Positions 13,298-26,702 of a stretch of DNA of 64,000 nt are shown one piece after another (position 1 is the stretch's first letter; each line of letters starts with the position of its first letter). The DNA is from Eledone cirrhosa (taxonomy: Eukaryota). Both the position numbers and the translations under genes were made by a program. The notes below the pieces were generated by a model, which was not told the DNA's origin, did not search any database, and worked only from the letters and a program-made list of their open reading frames with translations. The stretch lies in contig OZ024740.1 of assembly GCA_964016885.1 (NCBI GenBank), positions 113,956,001-114,020,000 on the forward strand, given 5' to 3'.

Positions 13298-13616
13298 AAG
13301 TCGTTTGGAAGCCTCGACAATGCAGATGGGTAAATCTCCGGGTAACAAGATCCGGTGGTGGAGAGAGAGATGTAAGTGGGTGTACGTTGAGATGCGTGGC
13401 GTGTATAAGACTGTAACGTGTAGAGGAATGAAGGAAAGAGCGTAAAGAATAAAAATAAAAATAACAACACGAGAAAGAGTTACCTTGGGAGAGATTTATT
13501 TGTCCCTATATATTTCGGATTCACATCCATCAACCGGGGTTTTTTCCGGGGAGGGGGGGGGGAGGATGTCTGTCGGAAAGCTGCGAAACGTGTCCTCCGC
13601 TGTTCGTTGTTCAATG

Positions 13617-13620
<4 letters not shown>
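13298..13620. repeat. TA-flanked interspersed repeat, family B (second copy at ~43769-44330)
   Basis: Shared blocks agtcgttt(t)ggaagcctc..aatgcagatgggtaaatctccgggtaacaa and gatt(t)cacatccatcaac. Confidence 0.75.
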
Positions 13621-13685
<65 letters not shown>

Positions 13686-13747
13686 GGAATAGAATGAAAC
13701 GAAATTTCATTTCTCACTCTTAGTACGGCAGTTACTTAAATGTAAGT

Positions 13748-14400
13748 ATGTATGTATGTATACGTACATACATATATGTATACAGACATACAATAGTATG
13801 TATATATATACATACATGCACACATATATATATATATATATATATGCACGTATCGGTTTACCGAACATTTATTATAATGGTCGGTTTGTTTGTTTGTAAA
13901 CAAACAAACAGCTCGAATTACTCCGTACAGTGTTTAGGCAACCACGTCACCCTTTTGTTCAACACTGACACATGAACGATGTACTAGTTTCATGCTTATT
14001 AGCTATCGTCAGCATCGTATACCTTCCTGCCAGATGGTTGAACGTCTGAAAGTATATACTTTCCTTATGCATATTAACGAATATAAAAGTATATTAAAGT
14101 ATATACCTTCAGACGTTCAACCATCTGGCAGGAAGGTATACGATTTTGACGATAGCTAATAAGCTTGAAACTAGTACAACGCTCCTGTGTCAGTGTTGAA
14201 CAAAAAGATGACGTGGTTGCCTAAACACTGTACGGCGTAATTCGGGCTGTTTGTTTGTTTACAAACGAACAAACCGAGCCTTATAATAAATGTTCGGTAA
14301 ACCGATACTTGCATATATATATGTGTGCATGTATGTATATATATACATACTACTGTACGTCTGTATACATATATGTATGTACGTATAAATACATACATAT
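13748..14400. repeat. Long inverted repeat (arms ~13748-14062 and ~14096-14400)
   Basis: Arms are reverse complements, and ORFs 13748+ and 14171- give near-identical peptides. Confidence 0.92.
13977..14017 (-). ncRNA. Minimal type-I hammerhead ribozyme motif
   Basis: Minus strand reads CGAUG-CUGACGA-uagcuaauaagcau-GAAA-CUAG-UA-CAUCG: 5-bp stem I and palindromic stem III ACUAGU. Confidence 0.75.
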
Positions 14401-14425
14401 TTATATATATATATTAAACGAATAC

Positions 14426-14491
<66 letters not shown>

Positions 14492-14496
<5 letters not shown>

Positions 14497-16500
14497 TTCT
14501 TGGTTGTCCATCGTAAACGATGATGACATCTTCTTTACTTTAGTTCCCGTCTGCCATGGGCACGAAATTTGCTGTGGAGGCCGATCCTTGACATGCAGGT
14601 CCGGGGACAGTGGGGGGAAGAAAAAGAGACCTGAGTCGATTGGGGCAGTTGTTGATGTCTTTCTCCTCCTTTCACGGGCCTCAGTGACCTCTGCCCATCT
14701 CTTCTCTTCAAAAGTGTTTTTGCGCGTCTGGTAAGGGCTCGCCACTCAGTCCTGTCCTGAGCATGAGACTCGAGCTGTTTTGGCACGATTCCAGTGTTGT
14801 GATACTGGACTTCACGTAGTCTTTGAACATCTTGAGAGGGCTGCCCAGCTTTCGTTTCCCCCGAACAGAGTTCCCCATACATCAGTTGCTTCGGAAGCCT
14901 GTGATCGTCCATCCGGATGACATGTCCCACCCATCGAAGTTGGCTCTTCAGTATCATAGCTTTGACACTGGTTGTCTCAGCCATGTCAAGAACTTCGATG
15001 TTGGAGATCTTGTCCTGCCATTTGATGTTCATGATTGACCGCAAGCTGCGCATGTGGAACTGTTCCAGCTGCTTCAGGTGCCTTCTGTACAGGGTCCATG
15101 TCTCACATCCGTAGAGGAGGCTGGTGAGAACAACAGCCCTGTACACCTTGAGCTTGGTGGACTGCCTGATGTTGTGCTGGTCAGGACGCGTGTCCTCAGG
15201 CGGCCGAGGGCTTGACTGGCCTTGCAGATTCTGGCGTTTATCTCCTCGTCGAGGCTTCCATCACTGCTGATGACACTGCTGAGTTACTTGAAGTCGTCCA
15301 CCGTCTTTAGCTGGGTTTCATCCGATGGAGATAGAAGGAGGGTGGGTGACGGAGGCAGGTGCAGGCTGGAACAGGACCTCAGACTTGCCAAGGCTAATTG
15401 TGAGACTGAAGAAGCAGGAGGCCTCCACGAACTTGTTGACGATGAGTTGGAGGTCAGACTCCCTGCGGGCCATGAGAGCAGCACAGTCGTCAGCATTGCC
15501 TCCTTTCCGTTCTGCTACTGATCCTTCTTCGGCAAGTCTAGTCTCGCTGAGGGCGGCTATGTCGATCCGGTAGCGATCTAATTCCCTTGCTATGAGGGCA
15601 GTTCTTCTCTCTCCATGAGGGCGCGCACATTCCATGCGCCAAGAATCAAGTTCTTCTTTCTATTCTGTTGGTTTCGACCGCTTGCAAGGGGAAAACTGCC
15701 AGCCGCGGTAGACTGGCCGGCTTTTTGAAGGACGAGCATTTTGTTAGGGCTCCTTTTATCGCCCCTCGCCTCGTGCGAGGGTGAGTAATGCTCGCCTGAA
15801 AAGGGGTGGTCAGTCGCCCGGTGGAATGCCTGACCTCCTCTGTCATCCCAGAATCAGGGGGAGAACGACTTGCGCATCCAGGCCGCCCACGTGTGGGTTT
15901 GAGACTGACAACTCCCAGAGGACCCCCACCTGTTACCTCCGCCCCTCGGCCATCGCGGCAGGGCTTTGGGAGTGTACGCTAAAGAAGAAACCTGTGCGGG
16001 AAAGGTTTATAGTGGGAGGGCCAGTGCACAGTGACGGTCCCACTCACTTGGCCGCAGAAGCCAGAATCCGGGGGTACGGAGGACCGTCACGACGAGGGAC
16101 TTCCTAGGCTGCAGTGGTTGGGTACGACATTTGTAGTGCCTTGCCGTGCCCTAGCGCTCCACACCGCTTTCTGTCGCCGCCTTCGTGACTGTTGGGACGA
16201 TGTTGTCCTCCTCCTCCACTCACTCCGCCGGGTCCAGTCTTCGCATGCAGGGTCAGGCATCCCTTATCTAACTCACCGAGGGGTTTCAGACCCATCCGGC
16301 TACCCTCAACCTGGTGTGGCCCGCCAACCAAGGCGGTTTACCAGGGTGTGGCCGCTGTCACATGCTACAGCTTCTTGGGGCCACAGGTGAGAGCTGATTG
16401 TCAGGTCGGACCCAATGCAGGACGAGCTGTCCTGAAAAGGGCATGGCTATTCCCCACCCCCCTCCCACAGAGGTACATGCCACTTTCTGACCCCCCCCCC
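14492..16500 (-). mobile_element. RTE-clade LINE with large internal deletion (bipartite, non-autonomous)
   Basis: A GC-rich 5' UTR and EN start (ERRTALIARELDRYRIDIAALSETRL) join directly to ADDCAL near 15497, then LLYGCETWT, LRWVGHV and the terminal CPRTC..H finger. Confidence 0.88.
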
Positions 16501-16544
16501 AGGCATATACATACACGTACAAATGTACATGTGTATATACATAT

Positions 16545-16730
16545 TTAAACATTTTTGGAAGGCCGTTGGCTCTTATCATTTCTTCCGCCCCTTGTCAGGT
16601 TTTGTTTTTGTCCTGCAGGGTATCCAAAATCACCCTCCTTACCAAGTAAACTTGATGGGGTTTCCAGTTTAGTCGCCGACGCCCATGCGACAGGTTGTAC
16701 TGGTTTACATGCTACCAGTAGCACTCAAGA
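16545..16730 (-). mobile_element. 5' fragment of an RTE-derived non-autonomous element (relative of family C)
   Basis: Reverse complement matches the start of 32707 and 55802 (gtgctactggta..ccagtacaacctgtc..ggcgactaaactgg..ctgcaggac.aaaaacaaaacctg). Confidence 0.8.
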
Positions 16731-16749
16731 GTGATATATATATATATAT

Positions 16750-17063
16750 ATATATGTTAAACGAAGAAGTATATATATTTCTATACGAGTATAGATAAAA
16801 GTGTACATACATAAGAGCGTCCAACTCTACTAAGTTTGGTTCTATGAAAGAGTTAATAAAATCAACAGATTCACTCACTTTACTCACTCACTTTAATGTC
16901 CCTACGACATTGAGAAAATAACGATAGCCCGACTAGAGCATCTTGTTTGCTTTTCCCATTATAATAGGCTCTGAATCTGTTGATTTTATTAACTCTTTCA
17001 TAGAACCAAACTAAGTATCAGTTGGACGCTCTGTATGTACGTATCTATATTTGTATCTATACT

Positions 17064-17095
<32 letters not shown>

Positions 17096-17110
17096 CTTCT
17101 TCATTTAATA
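16750..17110. repeat. Inverted repeat (arms ~16750-16873 and ~16972-17110)
   Basis: gtttggttctatgaaagagttaataaaatcaacagattca is paired with its reverse complement. Confidence 0.88.
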
Positions 17111-17264
17111 TATAATATACTCCCCTATAGTAGAGTGAAAATTTGGCCGAATTGAACTACTTCCTAGTAGCACATAGCCTACCATTGTCCACATTTGCTA
17201 CTCTCCTGTTGGCCACTTGTCACATGATATTTCATTCATTCGAAATTTTCACTGGATCGAGAAA

Positions 17265-17341
17265 GTCTCTTGATGATTTGAAATTTCTTGCGATACACTA
17301 CTCGGTGTATTGTTATTTCTCAATGAAACTGCAGTAGGGAC
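17265..17341 (+). ncRNA. Hammerhead-like motif with extended stem II
   Basis: GUCUC-UUGAUGA-[long hairpin]-GAAA-CUGCAG-UA-GGGAC. C3U core and palindromic stem III. Confidence 0.55.
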
Positions 17342-17995
17342 ATTAAAGTGAGTGTGTAAAGAATTTTTTCTCATCTTGTTTGCTTTTCCTATAGATATTT
17401 ATATATATGTGTGTGTGTGTCTGTTTGTGTGTGTACACAAACGTGTATATATATACAGAGAGAGAGAGACATATATATTCCAAAACTCTAAACAAATATT
17501 TTCAGATTACTTTACTTTAGAGGAATATAAATTAAATTAAAATATATTTAGATACATATGTTTAAATATTTATTGTTTATTGATATCAGAGGCTGGTTAA
17601 TATTTCAAAACCATTAAAATGTTACAAAATAGTGCTTACTTATTTAGGATGAAAATAAACGAGACCATAATATTAGAAGATTGATTTTAAAATTTTATAA
17701 TATGAGAAATTTAAAGATAGCAGAGATATAAATTGGAATTATAAAGTATGATGAAAACAAATTATACTTTTTGTTAACAGGAAAGAAAATAGGTGGAAAA
17801 TTAAAAAGATACATTACACATATATATACATATGCATATATATACATATGCATATATACATACATATACATTACACATATATATACATATGCATATATAT
17901 ACATATGCATATATACATACATATATATATATATAGATATAGATATATGCACATGTATAAATCTTTTCCCCTCTCCCCGTCTCTCTCTCTCTCTA

Positions 17996-18026
<31 letters not shown>

Positions 18027-18090
18027 ATACATATATATATATATATATAGAGAGAGAGAGGGGGGAGGGAAAGAGATTTATGCCTGTGCG

Positions 18091-18144
<54 letters not shown>

Positions 18145-18226
18145 GATATTTACATATCAATACTTGAGTATATGGGTGTATTTAAATATATATATATATT
18201 TTTGAATGAGAGTGTGCATAAATATT

Positions 18227-18284
<58 letters not shown>

Positions 18285-18428
18285 TAGATATATACTTAGA
18301 GTGAGAAACAGAAAGAGAGAGATGGGAAGGGAAAGATCGGGAAATATCGTTATTGTAAACATGTGTTAGGATGTTTGTGAGATTGTTTATGTTTGTGTAT
18401 GCGCTTGGAATTTACGTGTGTTAGTGTG

Positions 18429-18490
<62 letters not shown>

Positions 18491-18999
18491 TGCCTCCGTG
18501 TGTCCGTATTCGTGTTTAGGAATGATATAAAACCATATTCATTGAACCAAGCAATGAATATACTTGTATAGAACATTAAAATTCTATTACAAATTCACCA
18601 AAAGTATTTTTTTAAATATATATATTTTTGAAAATTAATATATTTTAAATTGTTTTTAAATTCAAATCAAAAGTTAGTTTAAAATTTCCGCTTGAAATAT
18701 CGCTGAATTGAAGAAGAAATTGGAGATGGAAAATAGAATATGGTGTGGAGGGCGATGGTGGATTGCGCGAATGAGAATGTAAAGAAATAAGAGATAGAAA
18801 GAGAGCGAGAGAGAAACAAGAAAATGATGCAAATTAAAATGTCAACATATATGTGGCTCAAATGACGCTTACTTTTTTAATTATTCAGTGATTTAGTGTC
18901 AAACCAAGCCTGAAATATATGGTATGATGTGTGCGTGTATGTGCTGAGTATCATGGTGTGTGGGAGCATAATTCTCTCTCTCCCTCTCTCTCTCTCATT

Positions 19000-19036
<37 letters not shown>

Positions 19037-19047
19037 GATATATATAT

Positions 19048-19159
<112 letters not shown>

Positions 19160-21131
19160 GTGTGAGAGAGAGAAACAGACTGTGTATGTTTGTATGTATA
19201 AGTAGAGAATAACTCTTTCAAACATGTTACATAGAAACATGAATGTGCTTCAGATTTAGTATTTTTTCCGTGTTTTCTTATTAATACTTAATGCTTAGTT
19301 TAGCATTCCTAATGTGTACATTAATATTTTTAAGCCTTTTAAAACCATCATCAGAATAACAAAAGTACATTTAACATGTAGTTAGTTATTGTCATCCCTA
19401 GTATGACCATTCTGATACTGATCATGGAGCTATGGAGGCCTGGAACGGTTAAAATTTAGGAACTTTTGGAGTAAGCATTAATAACCGAAAAAGAAATACA
19501 AAATGTCCTTAATAAAAATCATTAAACTGAAGCACAATCAGGTTTTCAATGTACACACACACATACCCCCCCCCCGTGTACACACACACACACATACCCC
19601 CCCCCCCCCCCGTGTACACACACACACACATACACAGATACATGAACCACTCGGACAAATTCTTTAGAAACTGGTCAATATCTGTAAGGGTGAAGTTTTA
19701 ATATAGATAGACTAACAGAGACAAGGAGAAATAGATAGACAGACAGATAGCTAGATATATTGATACAGAGGTAGGTAAATAGATAGATAAATAAAAAGAT
19801 AGATAGATATTTTTCTATATTTGCCACAGGGGCGCACACGAATTGGACATTACAAGACGTGACGGCGGGGGTTTTACATAAAATCTTTAACAATGATAAA
19901 TAACAATAAACCATATAAAAATAAATAAATAAATAGATAGATAGATAGATAACTGGACGGATAGATGGATTAAAAGAAAGAAACCTTACGATTTTAATCA
20001 CAATCACACAATGTTATCTTCACTGGGAAAAGTAAACATGCTAATTAAAACAGCGGATTTTCCTCGAATAATCCTCAAAAAACGAAACTTGGAGTTGCAC
20101 TCAACACAATATATATAATAAATTAGACAATTCCCTTACTCCTCTCTGTCCACAATAAACGTTCGCAGCTCTTGTGCGTTGGACGCTCTCCTTCTTAGTA
20201 GACTATCAATGTAGATGATGTTACACCTGCCTCGATCTTTCACTTAGTGTCCGAGCACTAGCTTGCTCATGATCTCCTACTTAAGGCATATGTAGTGGCC
20301 AGAGAGTCTCCTCCATTTCTGCATCTTATCGAACATCTTCAACAGATCTTTATAAACTTTCTGACTTGTGTGTTCCTATCTCGACGTAATTGCGACCATA
20401 CGAAAATACACACCCATATAGTTGTCTATTCAGTGCTTCCATGGTTATCTACGCTTCTGCTCCGTATAATTCTGATTCTACTCTTGCAGTGAATTTTCTT
20501 AATTTGATTTTCCTTGAGAGGTCTGAGGTCTGATGTTCATCATCTCGTTGCAAGCATTGCTTACTAGTGAATTTCTGACCTCCATGTACTTTATCTGAGC
20601 TCTCTGTCCATCACCAAAAATGTATAGAGAAAATATCTGGCTGGTGAAATCCTATCTGATGGTTTAAAAGTACGTTACATATGTCATGAAAATACGTATA
20701 ACAGTTATTACGTATACATAAAATGTTGGGAAGTATGACTTTATTGCACTCTTCTATAGTATTATACCAATACACACACATATTTATCCCACCCTCTCTC
20801 TCTTTCTCTATCTGTCTATATTTCTATATATATATACAACGAAGGAGTTGTGGTATGGGAAGCAGGTGGACCATAACGCACCAGAGTACTCAATAATTAG
20901 GGTAGTAGAGTGAGTTATAGGAACATGTATGACCCCGACGGCAGAGCTCAAGACGTTTCGGGGTCATACATTTTCCTATATATATATATATACATATATG
21001 CTGTCGAAACGACAAGAGCTCATCCAACTGGTTCCGACACTCAACTATCTTAAGTAGCGAGTACTCTGCTAGATAGTGTGCTTGATAGTTTAAAACTTGC
21101 ATAATCCTGATATATATATTCATACACACAT

Positions 21132-21185
<54 letters not shown>

Positions 21186-21953
21186 TGATGATCTTTCAAT
21201 TTACTAAGTTAAATCAATAATGAATTATGTTATAAATAGATTTGAAAATCAAAACATTGTGATATATATTCAAAATATTCTATTTCAAAAATATTTAAGC
21301 TTCTAAAAATACAGCGCAATATTCCAACTGTGAAATACTTTTTCCAGTTAAATTATTCTCGATAAATTAATTCAAAAAATATTAGAAATATTAGAAATGA
21401 AACATACTGAAATAGATTCTCATCAAACTTTATGTTAAAATATTGAATTTAATATATGAATTAAATTAAACCTGTGTGCAAGACCCTGGAAAGAACTTTC
21501 GAGTTATTGCACATTCGTTTTGCGAAAAATTTAATCACATTATGAAAGTTTTAATTTATTATATATTACATGAAACTGTAGATAAGGGAGAGGTCGCTGT
21601 TACTATATGCAATGTTCCAGATGCAGATTGTTTCTCGCCAAAGTATCACATTTTGTTTTGAATGAAAGAACATTACCAGGAGAGAAAATTGCATGCAGAA
21701 AAACAGTGTAGTAATCAAATATTCCTCTTGAGATTTCTAACTGTCACTTTTATTCTTTTAATGGTGTGTCATTAGACCTCGGTCACGTTGGTGTACCGCC
21801 CTGATTTAATTGATCATATCAACGCCAGCACTTATCTAGTATTTATTTTCTCGATCTTACCTTTCTCGAGTGCTAAGGTACGGGACAAGAACACAGACAC
21901 AGACATAAACAGGTAAACCAAACAACACAGAGACACCCATATATATATATATA

Positions 21954-22890
21954 CTAGTTGAATGACCCGGAGTTGCCCGAGTTACTACCGTTCTTATTCG
22001 GATTAGTAAACAATAAATATGAAGATATGATTTTTTTCTCATAATCATTTTAAAATATCTATATTTTATTTAAAAAATATCGAAATTGTAATGATAATAA
22101 CATTTAAAAATGAAAATCTGTCAATTTTGAAGCACCTTAGGGTAAACAATATTCATTCAGTCATTTTTTGTTGGTGTCCAAATGAATAAAATGTTGCTCA
22201 CACACACATACACTCACACACATATACACTCTCACATACACTCACACACACTCATATACACTCACATACATATACTAAGACAGACACACACACACAGACA
22301 TACATTCACACACACCTGTCTGTCATAACATATGTATCTGTATGTGTAGATGTGTGTGTGTGTTTAATTGTCTGTGTGTAAAGATAATGTGTATGTAAAT
22401 TACTAACGCTCTATGTATGTGTGTTTTTAATTTTCTGAGGCCTAACGTTAAATTAAAAATTAGCACACATACACTCTCACACATGATCACTCACTTGCAT
22501 ATACCACGACAGACACACACAGACATACATTCACGCACACCTGCCTGTCATCACATATGTAACTGTATGGGTAGATGTGTGTGTTTAATTCTCTGAGGCA
22601 TAACCTATGTAATGAACTCGTAAGAACACACACGCACAGGCATATACACACTCATATAATATGTGACATCATCGTGGTCGTCGGCGGCGTGGTGGTTTAC
22701 TATAGTGCACTATAGAAAGTTAATTTTAGATAAAATATTATATTTTTAAAATCCAAATGAAAATAAAAATCACATGTTCACACTCCCGGGGTCTAATAAT
22801 ATTACCTTGTAAAATCTGATTTGATTTGGTCAGCCGTTTGCCACAGCATAGGAACAGACAGACAGACATAGAGACAAAGAATTTTATGTA
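21954..22890 (-). mobile_element. Non-autonomous Helitron-like element
   Basis: Minus-strand 3' end ctcgggcaactccgggtcattcaaCTAG|T (hairpin plus CTAG). The other end has a (TCTG)n tract after an AT-rich start. Internal duplication at ~22280-22370 and ~22508-22590. Confidence 0.7.
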
Positions 22891-24149
22891 TGTATATATA
22901 TATATATATATATTAATATATATATATATATATACATCTGTGTGTGTGTGTTTATCGATGAGCTGCTGGAATTTTCGCTACCAATTTATTGATCAACCCA
23001 TGGACGTAAAATATACTTATCCAAGGCACTGCTCAACGAAACTCGATCCGAAGACATGTGGTTGCGACGCGAAATCATTAACATAGGCATACAATTATAC
23101 TACTACTACTACTACTACTACTACAACTACTACTACCACTATTACTACATTGAATTTATTTCTGCAGAATTCTCATATTTATATTAATGCACCGGATTCA
23201 AGTTTTTTTCATATTCACGCCATGTCACATTTGACAGGTTGTCTACTAATATATATTATTGATGTGTATATAAATATGAATATACACGTAATAACGAAGT
23301 AAAAGAAAACCATGAAATATGGTATATTTTTTTAAAAGCAGAAATAAGATGTAAAAAATATTTCAATATTCGTGAGTTGGTGATGCTTATTCACTGATGT
23401 GTAGAGAGATTCCTGTTCTATAAAACTATATTTGGTAGACATGCACGCCAGATTTTATTGGGCTTGTCACGCTCAATTAATCATTATTTGAAATATATAT
23501 ATATATATGTATGTATGTATGTGTGCGCGTGTGTGTGTATGTAGGTAAACTCACATACACATATTGTTCGTATATACCTGTGTTTATACATATAACATGA
23601 CTGTGCAATCATATATATATATATATATATATATGCAGTATATAAATATATATGTGGATGTGTGGCTGTATATATGCGCGCATATATATTGTGTGTGTAT
23701 GTGACTATATGTATTGCTATATATCACTCCCACGCAATCCAACATGACGAAACAAAGCATATTCAATCACATATGGAATAAAATATTTCGATAGTAAGCT
23801 TTATTATATAAACTCCCAATTTACTGGGTTAATCATCACTTACGCATGTGGTCAGTGGTTCTTAAACCAATGGCATTTAGCTAGCAGGGGGGAATTTTAA
23901 CTAAGAGAGGAATTGGCGTACCAATATATCTAACTATAAAGATGATCTCAAATTAACAGTTTATAGATAATTCTGCTTCCTATTTAATCGCATTAAGGAT
24001 ACTAGAGTTATTGAGGTTGGTAAAGCTTGTTAATAACGTGCCCGGGGTAAACGTTGCTAGAATGGAAAGGAATTGAATAAGGCTGGCTTCTTTTAACGTT
24101 CCTTCATTTGACACACATCCGTATACTCCCTTTTCAGCTTCTTAAGAAT

Positions 24150-24300
24150 GTTCGTTCTCCATGTCAAGAACCCTTTTTCTGATAAACTCCAGTTCTACCT
24201 CAGTTAACCACCCATACATTCTAATTGCTCTAGCCTGGTCGCATATTCTTTGTTCAGTTCTTTAAATATCCCCTTCCTTATCATTGCCTGCATCCCCTGC
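24150..24300 (-). pseudogene. Decayed R4-like LINE N-terminal fragment
   Basis: Minus strand reads [30 protein letters not shown], similar in pattern to NKLANIRRNIVRKKLLTDIEIDQIK of the 9100 ORF. Confidence 0.5.
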
Positions 24301-24837
24301 TACATCTTCCTTTATGATTAACAGGATTACTCGTATAGTAGTATTCAATGTCAACAGCATTGGTTTTTTTGCTCCAGCTCAATCTTGCATCTTCACTAGC
24401 AGTTAATGGATGGCGACCGGACTCACCCTGCTCAAAGCATGACACCTACGGGCATGATACATACACCAGTGATGGTTTTTGTATTATTCACGTCGTTTCA
24501 TTTTACTTCATCTCGATTCTTCATTTTTCTCTCAAAATTTGAGTTGTGTGCATTCCCAATGCATTTTTAAAAACTCAGTTCAGTTATAGAAATCCCAAAT
24601 TCATAACCTACAATGTTTTACTATATTTCTTTAAAATCCTAGGTGTATCGAGAAGTGCTGTTTTCTGCATGCCCTGAAACCTTGCATGAATTCCGATTAT
24701 ATTTGCACAGTCCTCAAAACTGTCCGAATGTATCCTAGTGCTCAGATCCCTATTGGAACCACAGAACACCTCTTCATGCCCCACTTCCTTCCAACATCCT
24801 CTTTCAGTGGTTCATACTTTACTGCTGTACATAATGG

Positions 24838-24975
24838 TTCTTCTTCTTCTTCTTCTTCTTCTTCTTCTTCTTCTTCTTCTTCTTCTTCTTCTTCTTCTTC
24901 TTCTTCTTCTTCTTCTTCTTCTTCTTCTTCTTCTTCTTCTTCTTCTTCTTCTTCTTCTTCTTCTTCTTCTTCTTC
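24838..24975. repeat. (TTC)n microsatellite
   Basis: Perfect tandem array. Confidence 0.98.
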
Positions 24976-25414
24976 ACTTTCTACGTTCCAAGATGTTTAA
25001 TATGCCTCCCTAATTCGTTAAATTGTTCTCTAAATATCCTCCTCCGCCAAGTTTCCTTCGTATTTTCCCCATTGGATTGCTATCTAAATCAACATGGGTG
25101 TTTTACCCGATTTTCTAAAAATGTCCTTACGAGTATTTTCCTACGATCGTCATTTTCTGCATTTGTATACTTTGACGCTAAACTCCGCCAGTTGCAGACT
25201 GTGCATCAACATGAGATATTGTTCTCCACAAAGTTCGGTCACCAACAGCCGAGTTTAAAGAGCAAAGATCAAGTAGAGTTTATAGGTTTACATTATCAAG
25301 CTAACATTTTGGCCGGCCTCGTCTTCGCTTACCAGCCTACCATCCTCCTAGGCATGACCTAGTTGACCTTTTATATAACCGAAGAGTTTGAGTACTCTTC
25401 ACTTGAAGTGAATG

Positions 25415-25620
25415 AAATAGCGAATGGTCTTCTAAATGTTTTTAATTAAACATACGGTATATTTCCAGATATACAATACATACATTCATATATACATCGC
25501 TATTTCAGAGCACCAATACTAATACCTGAAATAGCGATGTAAACATGAGTGTATGTATAGTATATTTGGCGATATACTGTATGATTAATTAAAAATATTT
25601 AAAAGACCATTCCTATTTCA
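25415..25620. repeat. Inverted repeat (~95-bp arms, ~17-nt spacer)
   Basis: catcgctatttcag/ctgaaatagcgatg inner pair and gaatggtctt/aagaccattc outer pair. Confidence 0.8.
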
Positions 25621-25749
25621 GAGCACCAATAACTAATACCTACTTTTTTTCTGGACCGGCAATCGCTCTGTGTAATCAGCTCCTGATTATTACTAGAATT
25701 CTATAAGAGTCCAGCTTCTATAATTTTCGGCAAAAGCAAGGGAGTGCGT

Positions 25750-25790
25750 GGTTTTGATAAACGGCAAACACCGAGAAATAGATGTCAGCC
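25750..25790 (+). ncRNA. Variant (U3-A8) hammerhead-like motif inside hairpin 25724-25813
   Basis: GGUU-UUGAUAA-aCGGcaaacaCCGa-GAAA-uagau-GUC-AGCC. Stem I is extended by gggag/ctccc and ttttcggcaaa/tttgccgaaaa. Confidence 0.55.
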
Positions 25791-25932
25791 TGTCTCCCTG
25801 TCTTTGCCGAAAATAAGCAAGTAATATAGTCACCACTTTAAAACTGATAGCGAATGGTCTTCTAAATGTTTTTAAGTAAACGGTATATTGCCAAACGGTA
25901 TATTGGCAATTGACTATATATATATATCTATA

Positions 25933-26004
<72 letters not shown>

Positions 26005-26516
26005 AAAGAATAAACACACCACACAAGTTATTATATATTGGTAAACGGAATAGAAAATTCTGACAAATTGTTCACAGTGAAAAATAGTTTAATTAGGAAT
26101 AAATGAGAATTAGTAATTGTATTGGTTAGTATTCAGTTTTGGTTTTAAGTTTTACCGGTTGCGCATATGCTTTTCAAAAATAATTTTGTGATAGAGCGTC
26201 CGTGATGTTTGCTCTGAAAAGCATTTAGAAATGCGCAACCTTCAATTTGGAAAAACATCAAATGCTCTGTATAGTCTTAAAGACTATTTCATGAAAACTT
26301 TCAGTGGAGATGGTCACGGTTGGATTTCAATCGTCAGCAGAGCTCAACCAGATAACCAGGACTCTCGCATATTTATAAGCCAAAAAGGGAATATTAAAAC
26401 TGGCTAGTTCACCATCATGCGTGATTATGAAAAACGCACATGAGGAAAACAGGGCTATTGACGTCAGAATTAAATATATATATATATATATTTCACTCTA
26501 CTGACTTATATTCATC

Positions 26517-26702
26517 ATGCAGAAACAACATCTGAATATTTCTACAAAGAACATACCCGTACCAAGCAGGAAAACATACCTAAAACTCCTGATACAGAAA
26601 ACAGACGCGTTCATTAAAAGGTTGCGTTGGCGTGCCTTTTATTTCGATAATCCGCGAAAAGCAGAGAACAAAGAGGATAAATTTGGATTTAAAACCTATA
26701 AT
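26517..26702 (+). pseudogene. N-terminal fragment of a Penelope-like element ORF
   Basis: STKNIPVPSRKTYLKLLIQKTDAFIKRLRWRAFYF..FGFKT resembles PLE N-termini (recognised from memory). It is truncated and lies near hammerhead-like motifs at 26150-26240. Confidence 0.6.

Noticed and set aside
13560-13600. GAAACGTGTC flanked by ggag/ctcc as a hammerhead
   Set aside because: There is no CUGANGA-like box next to stem I
16380-16500. HDV-like ribozyme at the 5' end of the minus-strand RTE
   Set aside because: Only a GGCATG/CATGCC stem was found, and P1, P3 and J4/2 could not be assembled
20130-20620. Possible RTE 3' fragment on the minus strand
   Set aside because: There is only faint peptide resemblance (DRGR..IYIDSL), too decayed to call
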